From the human T2T-CHM13v2.0 reference genome, Homo sapiens: a DNA stretch of 64,000 nucleotides. The position numbers and the translations under genes are program-made. A model generated the notes under the pieces. It saw only the letters and a list, made by a program, of their open reading frames with translations. It was not told the origin of the DNA and did no database searches. Location: assembly GCF_009914755.1 (NCBI RefSeq), contig NC_060927.1; one strand, written 5' to 3'. This document shows, in pieces, positions 1 to 13,226 of this stretch (positions are counted from its first letter, which is position 1; each line of letters starts with the position of its first letter).

Positions 1-589
1 GAAATAGGACTAGGTTGATGGGTAAGAAGGTGCGTATGTGGATCCTCTAGAAAGACCCCTACCCAATCAACCATCTTCCAAAACAAAATAAAACAAAACT
101 ACAATCTAACATTTCATTTTACTATGCCATAAAAATCTGCATGAAAGTTAAATTTGTCTTAAAACTGCATCAAATGCTAAATTCAAATAAAATAGAAGTG
201 CTATCTTATGAATCATGTATTACCTTAGTGGAAATTCATCTGGGTTTGAAATGGGGGAAAGGGTGACTGGCGATGGAGTTGAGAGGCTATTAAGGGACAA
301 GGTAGAGGTGAAGAGAAGAGCAGAAACAGCGGAAGCTATAATCACCCGGAACACCGCCTGTGTTATAGTTGACCAAGAGCTGGTCTTTGTAAGCAGTTTC
401 CATGCTTTTCCAGGTGTAAACCCACAGTATCAGCTTGGGGGTCACAGACCGTTTTGCACCCCTCACTCAGAGACCAACCGCCAAAGCCAAGCCTTCTCTT
501 TCATGCTGCTGCTCACTAGAAATGCCCCTTTCTTCTGAGTCCTCCTACAGATAATTCATATTTTCTAATTAATAACAATGACAACTAAT

Positions 590-1203
<614 letters not shown>

Positions 1204-1399
1204 AATACTTTTATTAATTTAAAAAAACGGTAAACATGATGAACTTAAAGTCCACTTAAAATATTTAGTGGGATAAAAGTGGTTAGTCTAAAGTAGGAAA
1301 AATAAAACAAGATTATATGTAAATAAAATGAGGAACAAAACCAGACTAGTATATTGAAACAGTAAAAAGTAATTTTTCTACAAAAGACTATTGTCTCCG

Positions 1400-3240
1400 T
1401 CAAAACAAAAAGAAAGAATACATGTTAATAAGATGTAAATAACACAAAGTAGACTTGGCATTTAAAAGAATATTATTTCTATATATGTATATATAAGTAA
1501 ATTTTGATACCCAAATATGTACTTGCTGATAAAAATATAAAGCACTGTGACAGATGAAATAACCAGAAAAGAAATACAAGAAATTACACCCCAAAAGATG
1601 CCTGGTCCTTATGGGTTTACAAAAATTTTGTAAACTTTCAAAGAACAAAAAAAATTCCTGTTATACAAACTTTAAATGTATGTGAGTGCTTATGTGTGTT
1701 GTACGTTACCCAGCTCATTTCGTGAAGAGAAAATGATTCATTTCAAAATCTGAATAGGAAACTGAAATCAAATCTTATTTATGAACATTAATATTAAGAT
1801 TTCAACTTGGTAGAAAAAGAGAAAAATTATTAAACACAAGTTGATTTAACTTATAGCAAGGTTTATTTGGAGTACATTATACTTTATTCTAAAGACACAA
1901 AACTGGTACACAGAAGAAACGATAACATAACATATCACATTGACAGGAAAAACAAATATATGTATACATATAATAATTATCCAAAGAGATTTTTTTTTTT
2001 GAGATGGAGTCTTGCTCTGTTGCCCAGGCTGGAGTGCAGTGGCGTGATCTCGGCTAACTGCAACCTCTGCCTCTGGAGTTCAAGTGATTCTCCTGCCTCA
2101 GGCTTCTGAGTTGCTGGGATTACAGGCACACGCCACTACGCCTGGCTAATTTTTGTACTTTTAGTAGAGATGGGGTTTCGCCACGTTGGCCAGGGTGGTC
2201 TCGAACTCCTGACCTCAAGCGATCCGCCTGCCTCAGCCTCCCAAAGTGCTAGGATTACAGGTGTGAGCCACCGCACCTGGCCATCTGAAGAGATTTTAAT
2301 AAGGTATTTGCTATAATTCTCATTCTCTTCTTGATGAAATTCTAAAAAATCAGGTGTTAGTAATTTCGGGATTGTTTTTTGTCTTATGGGATTTACTTCA
2401 GTAATGCACCAGAAATGCAGCTTGCCTGGTCTGCCTTGTTCAAGCCCATTTTTCTTATATGACAATATATCCTTTACTCCCAGAGAAGGAATAATCTGTT
2501 TTGCAGATGACATGACTACAAACCTAGAAATCTAAGGAAATCAACTGAAAATTACTGAAAGTAATGAGCTCAGTTGCAGGACTAACCTTAATACCTCTAA
2601 AACATTTGTATGTACATACATGTGTGTATGTGCGTGTATCTATTATATATTCTATGTACGTATACTGTTTTATGTATATATGCCAATATGAAACTGATAT
2701 CTAATAAGGAAATACAAAAAATAAATTTTATTGTTGCTAGTACAACCAAAACAGATTAAACACATGGGGTTGATTTAACTTATAGTAAGGTTTGTTCAGA
2801 GAAATTACAGAGGACGTTGTTAATAAATCAAGTTCCATATCTGATTAGAAAAGTGAATAAAATAGTATTTCCTAGGCAACATGTAGATTTACCAATTAAA
2901 GCCTCGGCAGGTTAACTTCAAGTGTCTAACAAAATAAGAGGGCAATTCAGCTGGATAATAGCAAGAAGAATGCCAAAGAATACTTATTTTAGAGGATGTA
3001 ATGATTATTGATTCACACTATTGTATATTTTTGGCTGTACTAAATTTTAATATATGTTACAAAGTCATCATTATAAAAGCAGTGGAGCATTAAATTAAAA
3101 ATAGAATAAGTTACTGAATCTGAAATAAACAGATTTAACACATTAATTCAAACGCTAAGAGCTTAATATATGACAAAACAGAAGGAGTACAGTATGGAAA
3201 AGAATCATGACAAAATGCTATTGGTATAAAGAAGCATTTA
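1400..3240 (+). mobile_element. Highly diverged L1M ORF2 fragments
   Basis: Reverse transcriptase motif TTT GCA GAT GAC ATG (FADDM) at 2500-2514, with other L1 ORF2-like stretches at 1590-1670. Confidence 0.65.
1990..2282 (-). mobile_element. Alu (S-type)
   Basis: Full dimer; TSD aagagatttt. Confidence 0.95.
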
Positions 3241-3303
3241 CATATATATTTATACATATATGTGTATGTGTGTATATATATAGATAGAGAGAGAGAGAGA
3301 GAG
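3241..3303. repeat. Compound (TA)/(TG)/(GA) microsatellite
   Basis: Seen directly. Confidence 0.9.
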
Positions 3304-4575
3304 TGCAATTAAGAACAGTATTTTGGACTCAGATAGTCTTTGGCAAGTTCCTTAAAATTTCTGTCTCCTTTTCCTTAGTGGTAAAATGGGACCCATAATA
3401 CGTATCTTGAGGGTACTTTTGCAGAATAACTCAGTTATTGTACATAAAGCACTTAGCATAATGCCAGGAACATAGTAAACAGTTATTATCATGAGTCAGA
3501 GTGTTAAATATAAACTAGAACCAACTGGTTAAATGCTCTAGAAACACAAACAGGAAAACATGTTCCCAGTGGAAGAAGGGAAACAAATTTCTGATTATGG
3601 AAGCATGCAGGGCAGTATCATAGACAAGATGGATGTTCAAAATGTTAAAAAAAGAAGAAGAAAAAACTTATAAACAAAACATATTATTGAGAGTAAACAC
3701 AAATTGTTGAGCTCCTAAATGAAGTAGTTTTGGAAACAGCAGTGCCAGGCCAGTGGAGATGGGCTAAGTTTCAGGATGGCCTGAAATCTCCCTATTTGTC
3801 AAACAGCCCTCCCAGAGCTGTGCCTGAGAAGGAAAGTTCATGGACCTTTCATGTGACCCCAAAGGCAATCAATCCCAGTGAAAGTGGTCCTCCTTCCCAT
3901 TCTATCATCCTCTTGGGCTAGGTCTGTCGAGAGCCCTGTGGCCCCTCCTTCTCCAGCTTGGGATGCAGAGGCGCTTCATCTGGGCTGGATGGACTTGTGG
4001 TTCTCACTGGTCACCCAAGAGCTGTGCCATCACCCTCTGCTCCCAGGGCTGCTCCTCTGGCACATTTCCAGCCAGTCCAGCTGCCCCTTTAGCTTGCCCC
4101 ATGGTCCAATGTCTCTTTACTCCTTTACATTAGCTGATGAATGTTCATTGCCTCACTGTTTTTTCGTTCTACTAATCTGGAATTTCATGTCATTCCCACA
4201 GCCCCAGCCCAGTCAATACACTCAATGCAATATCGTAATTCATATCCCTAAACCCCACTTTTCCTTTCTTCATCTGGATAATTACTTTATCCTGTATGAC
4301 TCAAGTCACTCCAGGAGGCTTTCCTTGACACATCCTAGCTGAGCTCAGAGTCCCTCTTGTAAGAATCATGGCAGCCGGTACACCTTGATTAGACTGTAAA
4401 TTCCTTGTGTGCCAGCGACAGTCAGAGCTCTTAGGCATCTTTGTTCCAAGCACAGTGCCTGCCCCACGGGAGTCCTAAGAAAGATTTGTGCCATTTGCTG
4501 CTGTCTCTCCCACTGCTGGGCACTAGCTTTGACTCCACTGTCTGTCCTACTGAAACTGCACGTACTAGTTTGGGC

Positions 4576-4728
4576 AGTGGTTCCCCAACCTGACTGTACA
4601 TTGACACTTCCTGAGGAGTGCATAAAAATACCAGTTCCCTGGGCCAAGTCAGTCAGAATCTCCGGGGTAGTATTTTTTCAGAACTCCCCAGATTGTTCTT
4701 CTGTGCATCCAGAGTTGAGAACCACCAG
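4576..4728. mobile_element. MER5A-like hAT-Charlie MITE
   Basis: Ends cagtggttccccaacc ... gttgagaaccaccag form terminal inverted repeats. Confidence 0.7.
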
Positions 4729-5008
4729 TTTAGGACATTATTCAGAGCCCAACTAAGAGATTTTAATTCTGAGTCTGACTAGGGCACATGGGAAGCGCAC
4801 CCCTGCTGACATGGTTGGTTGCTACGCAGAGCCTAGGGGAGTCAGGAAGCATCCCAGCTCCCTCTCAGTGCCCCTCTCTCCACACCCCCACCCCCATGAG
4901 GCTGAATACTTAGTGCGATCACTTTCACTTCTCCTTGGAGGGTAGCTGTTTAAACCCTTTTTCTGGGAACTGGCTCTGAACCTGCCTCAGCAATTCACAT
5001 GCACTCCC

Positions 5009-5037
5009 ATCATTGGCTCTAATCAGAGGGGCGGGGC
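5009..5037. promoter_or_regulatory. CCAAT box plus GC box pair (candidate promoter/enhancer)
   Basis: AGCCAATG on the minus strand (ATTGG at 5012-5016) and GGGGCGGGGC at 5028-5037. Confidence 0.3.
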
Positions 5038-5107
5038 ACTTTACCTGTCATTATAGTACCTCGTTTCTCAGATATTCCCTTTAAGTGGAAGCATAGCACA
5101 GCAGTAA

Positions 5108-5276
5108 TTCGGCGGATCCAATGAGAACCTGACAGGTATATAATTTTAGGGGCCCTTTTTAAGGAAAAGAGTACAAGATTACAAATCACAAAATTGCCAG
5201 GGCCTTCCTGAAGTCTTGGAAAGAGCCCCTGCCAAGAGCTGTAAGCTTTGCTAGCTTCGGAGTAAATCTGCTTCTG
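5108..5276 (+). mobile_element. MER53-like DNA transposon
   Basis: ggcggatcca...ggggccctttttaaggaaaaga...gtaaatctgcttctg resembles the MER53 consensus as recalled. Confidence 0.6.
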
Positions 5277-5739
5277 AGAATAATGGCTGCCATTTATTGT
5301 GTCAATATGTATCCGAGACTTTTTATATATAGCTGTGCTTACAACAAACAAGCAAGGATGTATTATCCTCCTTTTACAAACAAGGAAACTCAGGCAGGGA
5401 AAAAATTCGTTGTTTATTTCAGGTCGCATATGTGAGACTAGAATTCAAACTCATTTCTGACTGGCTTGTGAACTCAAAATCTTTCCACCACACTAACAAA
5501 TTCCAGCATCTACAAAGGTTATGCACGCCGGGGACCCAGAAGAAGCAAGCAAATCCATATATATACTGAGTATTCTACGTAGACTGAAAAATTAATGTGA
5601 CTTGCATATGTGTGGGCCACTTTTTACATTATGTAGGTGCCGCTGTAATTAATCAAGTCATTTGAAAGCACGTGTTACTCAATAGCTTCAATTATAGTGT
5701 CTTTTCTCAATCAACAGATACAAAAGGTACAACCCCCCC

Positions 5740-6034
<295 letters not shown>

Positions 6035-6399
6035 TAAAGGTACAACTCTTATATGAGCATCTGCAAAACTTGGTTGTGTTAAAAAGGAAGCATGGTGCTG
6101 GAAAGTATCGGAAGCTCACTGTATTAATGGTGAAGTGGTACAGCTCATGTTCCCTGAGCCTGTCGTGGTCAGGCTCTTTCCACAGGGCTCCAAATTCTCA
6201 AACAGTGGTCTCTAAAATGGGGGATTACAAGACAATCTATTGGAGTCAAGGAAGAAAATATCAGAAATTATATTTATATTTATTTTTAACATTGCCTTTT
6301 AAAATGTCCGTATATGTTTGTGTTTCATGAGGTATATACTAATGTTATTACAGTAGCATATGTGTGTGATTTATAAATAAGTACAAATTGCATAGCATA

Positions 6400-7075
<676 letters not shown>

Positions 7076-8961
7076 TATTAGGGGTGGTGTATGTTTTTTC
7101 AATGATAAATACAGTGATCCACAGATGATGAACTTGATGGGTGGACAGAGAGAGTGTGCTGTCCTGTTCTGATTTTAGGAAAACAAAAGAAAAAAGGACA
7201 ATTATTATTATGCATATACACATATTTTAAGGTATATTAAAGATGCATTTTGTGTCTGTCTCTTTCTCTCGTCTGTCTCTCTTTAACCCAAAAACGGTGT
7301 GGTTTTACACATTTGGCAATTATGGCTCCAAATATTCTACTAACTAGAGGCACAAAAACAAACAGCTCTGGGGCATCAGAGCAAGACCACTCCCCAAATT
7401 GCCCCTTTCGCTTAAGCCAGCCTCTAGCCTTGGAATCTGGCTAGCACTGCCAGGTTGCCTAAGTCCACAAGCAGTAAAAGAGGGCCCTAGTATGCTGGGG
7501 TTATTTATCTTGGTGTTGTCCTCTGGCCCAGCCCTGCCCAGGAACAGGAGACAGACGGCCACACAGAGCCTTGCCTCTGATAACTGGGGGGTGGAGAGGT
7601 TGAGAAACAACGCTTCACTCAGCAACTTCCTGCTCCCTCCGAGGAAGAAGAAAGGGGTGTCTGTGCTAGAGCCACTCCCTTGCCAGCAGCCCAGCAGAAC
7701 AGCTGCTGATCCCCTGCATCCCCACGTCCCGGCGGAGGCCCTGGGAAGTGGGAACATCAGCTGGAGAGAAAAGGAGAAAGCAGTACATTGAGTGTTGCTT
7801 AGGCCGCCTGCTTCGCTTTCTTCTCTCGCTCTCCCCAGAGACAATCTCGTGGCCTGTGTTTCCCCGCAGGCAGGCCCCAGCGCCCTCAAGCCCAGATGTC
7901 TGCTGTCCACGCTCTTCTGACTTCCGGAAAGCTAACATCTCAGATTCCCTCTCCCTGAAGGACCTTTGGGAAGTCCCAACCCCCACCCCAGGCTCTTCAC
8001 TCCCCCCGGGTCTGCTTCTCATTCTCTCAGATAGATTTATAACTTATGTAAATAAATGTACATGATTAGCCAAGTGATTATGTAAATGGCGCCTTCCTTT
8101 TCTCGTCCCAATTCTGGTGACAATAATGATTAAAAGATGGAAAATAGAGTCAACATGTAAAAGGTAAAGAAGCTGGAATTTAATCTGAAAAAGCAAGTGT
8201 AATGCCTATTTCACGGCAAGGTTCCATTTGCACAAAGGATAAAATAAAAGAGGTCACTGACTCTCAAATTTCCATGAAAGCTCTAAAACGGTAGCAAATC
8301 AGGTAAAATCTGACTACCTATATTCACTGATTTTCTCATTAAAATTAGTGGCTCTTAGGAAATGGCCAGGTAGACTAATTGCTATACTGTATGAATGGCT
8401 CGTACTATGATTACAGTGATATACAGTATATAGCATACACTCAAAAAAATCCCTGAATTTACTAATAGACAAAATATCTGTGTAGAAAGAGCCACAAATC
8501 CAACTGTTAAATTATTATTTTTAAAATTCTTGCCCATATTTTAAAGAATTAATAAAGCTAGCTTTTCAGGAACCATGTAAGAATAAGCAATTGGATTTTA
8601 AAAATTGAAATGGTATTATTATGCTCACTCTTGTAGGCTGAACAAGAGCTACAAAAAATTGTGTACATCTTACATAATATTTTAACTCTGGGAAGCCAAG
8701 TACATAATGATCATGAAAATCTACTAATTTCAAATGCTGCTGCAGCTGAAATTCTATCTCCAATTTCCACCGACTCACATTGCCTATTATTTATGAAACT
8801 GACCCGCATCCCACCCATGCACAAGTTCCAGGAGCCTACAGAACATTTTGTCTAAAGTAATAAAAACAATATTAGAGAACCGCTATTGAACATAGAAATT
8901 ATATTCTATTACTTAGTTAATAGTTGACCCCGAACTCAGAATTTTTAAGAAAACTTCTCAA

Positions 8962-8980
8962 CAGCACCATCTGGTGGGCA
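8962..8980 (-). promoter_or_regulatory. CTCF core motif
   Basis: Minus strand TGCCCACCAGATGGTGCTG closely matches the CTCF consensus CCASYAGRKGGCRS, in non-repeat sequence. Confidence 0.6.
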
Positions 8981-9315
8981 GTGCAGCAAAAACACAAAAC
9001 AAAACACAGCAAGACGAAACCCACACTCCATACTTTGAGTTCTTGGAAGTGATTATCAATTGCGCTTCATTAAGTTTGTTTTATTTTCCAACGTAGAGTC
9101 TACATTATGAGATGTTTCCGAGGGCCAGTTGGGTAACTGACAATTTAGTGGTATGGCCAAGACGTTTTCTGTAACAGTTCATATTTCAAATACTCATACA
9201 TTCTAATAACAAATATTCTTGAGTTTTATATTCTTTGTTATGTAATATTATTGTCTCGAAAAAGTGGATTTGTAAATTGTACAATGAAATGTAATTTGAT
9301 TTTTAATTCTTTTAA

Positions 9316-9437
9316 ATTTTTTTTTTTGAGGCAGAATCCAGGCTGGAGTGCAGAGGCATGATCTTGGCTCATGGCAACCTCCACCTCCTGGGTTCAAGCA
9401 ATTCTCCTGCCTCAGCCTCCTGAGTAGCTGGGACTAT
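9316..9437 (-). mobile_element. Alu right-arm fragment
   Basis: Truncated Alu sequence with a T tail. Confidence 0.85.
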
Positions 9438-9724
9438 GAGATTTTTTTTTAATGTAAGTCACAAATCATCAAACTTTTTTTGGATCATTTGTTCTATAAT
9501 TAGGGGTGGGTAGACAAGGCGAAAGTTAGGTTACCAATGGAAATTTGGCTTTTACATTTCTTACGTTAAGCTGTGCCAGGTAGTTTTGAGGCAGATGATG
9601 GATGAGCAATCTTTCTACGGCCTTCCTTCAGTGTTCTAACATAGCCTGGGCTAATCTCCAGCATGCAGAACACAAGGTGGGATCTTTTAGAATGGCTAGT
9701 CTAAGACAAGGTATAAACTAAGAT

Positions 9725-12100
9725 TTTTATTTCTTCAACAAATATATTGAGCATCTCCGATGTCCAGGCACTGGTCTAGGTTCCAGACACAACAACAAAC
9801 AAAACACCAAAAATGACTGCTTGTAAGGAGTTGATATTTTAGAGGGGGAAGCATAGAAAGTATTGTCAGACAGTAACTGTGCTATGAAGAAAATGCAAGA
9901 TCAAGGAGACAGGGAATATTGGGGAAGGGAATGGTTGCTGTTGATACGGAATCATCAGAGAAAGCCCTTCTAACAAGGTGACTTCAAAGCAGAAGGAAAG
10001 AAGTGAGGCAGAAATCTGTGCAATAGCTGAGGGAAGTGAGTTTCAGGTAGACAGAATAGGAGGTGCAAAGGCCCTGGGGTGGGAGTTTGCTTGGCATGTT
10101 CAGAAAATACCAAGGAAGCCACGTTGGCTTGGACAGAGAATGAGCAAAACATTCAGAAGGTGAGGTCAGGGAGCTAATGGGGTTAGATCATGTAGGGTCT
10201 TGTAGCATTGTAAAGGCTGGTTTTTACTCTAAATAAGATAGAAAACCACGGACTATTTTGAATACAAGAGCTATTCTGGCTGTTGTGTTGATATGGTTGT
10301 AGTAAAACAAGGGCTGAAGCAGGGAGTCCAGTTAAGACACCATTGCCTCAGAGGAGAGGCAATAATAGGTTGGACCCAGTGATAGCAGAGAAGGCAGTGA
10401 TAAATAGTTGTATTCTGAATATATTTGCTGGTAGAGCCACCGAGATTTACTGATGGATTAGATGCGGAGAGTGAGATAAAGAGAAGAGCTGAGGATGACA
10501 CTAAGGTGTATGTCCTGAGCAAATGGCAGAATGGAGCTATCACTTACGGAGAATGGGGCAGATTTACAGAAGTCTGTTTTGGGGGAGGACTGGAAGGGGG
10601 ATGGAGAATATCAGGAGCTCAATTTGAACATGTTAAGTCTTAGATATCCACTAGACATCCTAACATAAATGTCAAATAGACAAACAAGGGAGAGGTCTAG
10701 GCTGAAGGTACGAATTTAGGAGTTCTCTGTGTACAGATGATATTGAAAACCACGAAACTAAATGAGATCACTGAGACAGCAGGTATGGAGCATGAAAAAA
10801 AGAGATTCAAGGCCTGGGCCCTGGGCTCTCCACTATTTAGAGGTGGGGGAGATAGACAACCAGTAATGGAAACTGAGCAGGAGACCAACGAGGTGGAAGA
10901 AATAAAGAGGCTGGTGAAGTCCTGGAATCAGGCAAAGCAAGCTTTGTAAGGAAGAGGGAATGATCGATGAGCTAAGTGAGATGAAAACCAGGAATTGATC
11001 ACTGGATTCAGCAATAAAAGTGTCACTGGTTGGCCATGCGCGGTGGCTCACTCCTGTAATCCCAGCACTTTGGGAGGCCGAGGCAGGTGGATCACGAGAT
11101 TAGGAGTTCAAGATCAGCCTGGCCAAGATGGTGAAACCCCATCTCTACTAAAAATTAGCTGGGCATGGTGGTGAGTGCCTGTAATCCCAGCACTTTGGGA
11201 GGCCGAGGCGGGTGGATCACGTGGTTAGGAGTTCAAGATCAACCCGGCCAAGATGGTGAAACCCAGTCTTTACTAAAAATTAGCCAGGCATGGTGGTGAG
11301 CGCCTGTAATCCCAGCTACTTGGGAGGCTGAGGCAGAGAACTGCTTGAACCCGGGAGGCAGAGGTTGCAGTGAGCCAAGATTGTGCCACTGCACTCCAGC
11401 CTGGGTGACAGAGCAAGACTCTGTCTAAAAAATAATAAAAAAAAAAGTGTCACTGGTGGACTTGACAAAGGCAGTATTGGTAGAGTGGTGGTGATCAAAA
11501 CCTGACTGGAGTAGGTTTAAGGAAGAATGAGAGGAAAAGATAGGAAACAATGAGAAAAATCAGTAGAGAAGTTTTGCTGTGAAGAAGAAGCAAGCTGGTA
11601 GCTGGAAGGGGAAATGGGATCAAATTTTTTTAATAGAAAAAGGATTTTTAAACAAGATTTTATTTAAGATGGAAGAAAGTACAACTTTATGTACTGATTA
11701 GAAAGAAGCTGTAGAGAGAGGGAAGTTGATGAAGCAGAAGAAAGGGGAGAGAATTGCTGGGACCAGGTATTTGAGTAGGTGAAGGGAGATGGTATCTAGA
11801 ATATAGCAGAGGAGCTGATTTTTAATAGATGGGCAGATAGTTTATTTACAGAAACAAGAGGGAAGGCAGAATATGTGAGCACAGATGCAGGGAGGTGGGT
11901 AGATGTGTTGGTGGGCACTTGAGGAAGCTCTCCTGATTGTTTCTATTTTCTCAGTGAAAGAAGCAAGGACATCAGCTGAGAAGGAGGATGGAGAAGGAGG
12001 TGACAGAATCTGGAAGAATAGGAGGTACGAAAGAATCATCTAGAGGAATGGGGGAATGAATGGTCTAAAGAAATGTGGTAGCATGGCCTCCTTAAGGTTA
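9725..12100 (-). mobile_element. L2 LINE relic
   Basis: Reverse-complement L2 3' end (ttcaacaaatatattgagc...ccaggcactg) and L2 body motifs (tttgaacatgttaagtct...tagacatcc). Confidence 0.8.
11032..11446 (+). mobile_element. Trimeric Alu (left arm duplicated)
   Basis: 125-bp internal period; TSD aaaagtgtcactggt at 11016-11030 and 11443-11457. Confidence 0.9.
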
Positions 12101-12844
12101 AGGAGCATACATTTTTTAGTGAGTACATTCTTCTCTGAATTCCAGTATTAACATTCTACATCATTCATTTGGCACTTGACACTCGTTACATTCAATTATC
12201 GATTAACTGTTCTTGAGAGTTCTATCTCCCTCTTTTTCCTGATTATACCTCACTTGTTAGGGCCTCAACTAACATGCCATAAGGAATCATTTAAAACCAC
12301 ATAACTGAGGGCTTCAGAAAATGTGAGAACATACGTGTGGCCCCTTGCTGCTGTGACTGTGCAGGGCGAGCCATCTAATTCTCCAGGGCAGTGTTATCAA
12401 GTCCATGGGGTTAATCTACATCAAACCACATCCTCCTGCCTGTCCTCTGTCTCTAGTAAAGGTGCTATTTTGGCCCCCATAGTTACTTTTTGTTTTATTT
12501 TTCAATGTATTCAAAAGGTGGCTGATGCAGTCATTTATTAGAGACCCTCTTGAAGACCCCAAGGAGATACAGAAGTGTTCAATACACATTTGAGACTAGA
12601 GGACATGCTAATGCAAATGTTGAGTTTGAGAGGACTCAGGAGAAGGATTTGGAGAGTTGAGAAAGATCAGACATCAGATTAGATGCCATACAATGAAAAG
12701 AGTCCACGGCCACACAGGGATGAGTGTCCAGGTGAGGAGGGATGCTGGGAGTTGCAGGTTTCTTGAGCAAATTACAAAAACAGGAGCTGAAAGTATAATG
12801 AGAGTGATTAGAGCAATAGTGAAGGTCTACAAGGCAGAGCTCTT

Positions 12845-13226
12845 TGATGCTGTGCCGCGCCGACCAGATTCCCCCAGCTGCTGCGAGTACTGGCCGTAAG
12901 GACCTGAATTGATCCCAGGATACTGATCTTGGCTGATGGTATGTCCAAGGCTATGCCTTCCTCCCTAGGGGCAACCCACAGCCAAAAGCAAGTCAAGGTT
13001 GGGGTACAAAGGTCCATCCCCCTTGCCTTAATTTAGGATCTCTGAAGGACTATCCAAGCCCCTGACCTCCCCATGGGTCCACTGAAGCCCCTGTTACATC
13101 TGTATCAACCCCTCCTTCTGCTCAATCCTGTTTCCTTCACTCCCTTACAGCTGTTGTTGCCAAGAGCATTCACCAGTAGACCTGCATGGAAATCTCTGCT
13201 TCGGGTCTCCTTCCCATTCTATGGCA
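12845..13226 (+). mobile_element. LTR16-family ERVL LTR (5' LTR)
   Basis: LTR16-like motifs (ccagattcccccagctgctg; ctgctcaatcctgtttccttcactccctt), directly followed by ERVL internal sequence. Confidence 0.7.

Noticed and set aside
3835-3847. AGTTCA-T-GGACCT, an IR1 (FXR-like) element
   Set aside because: Both half sites are imperfect; such matches are expected by chance in 64 kb.
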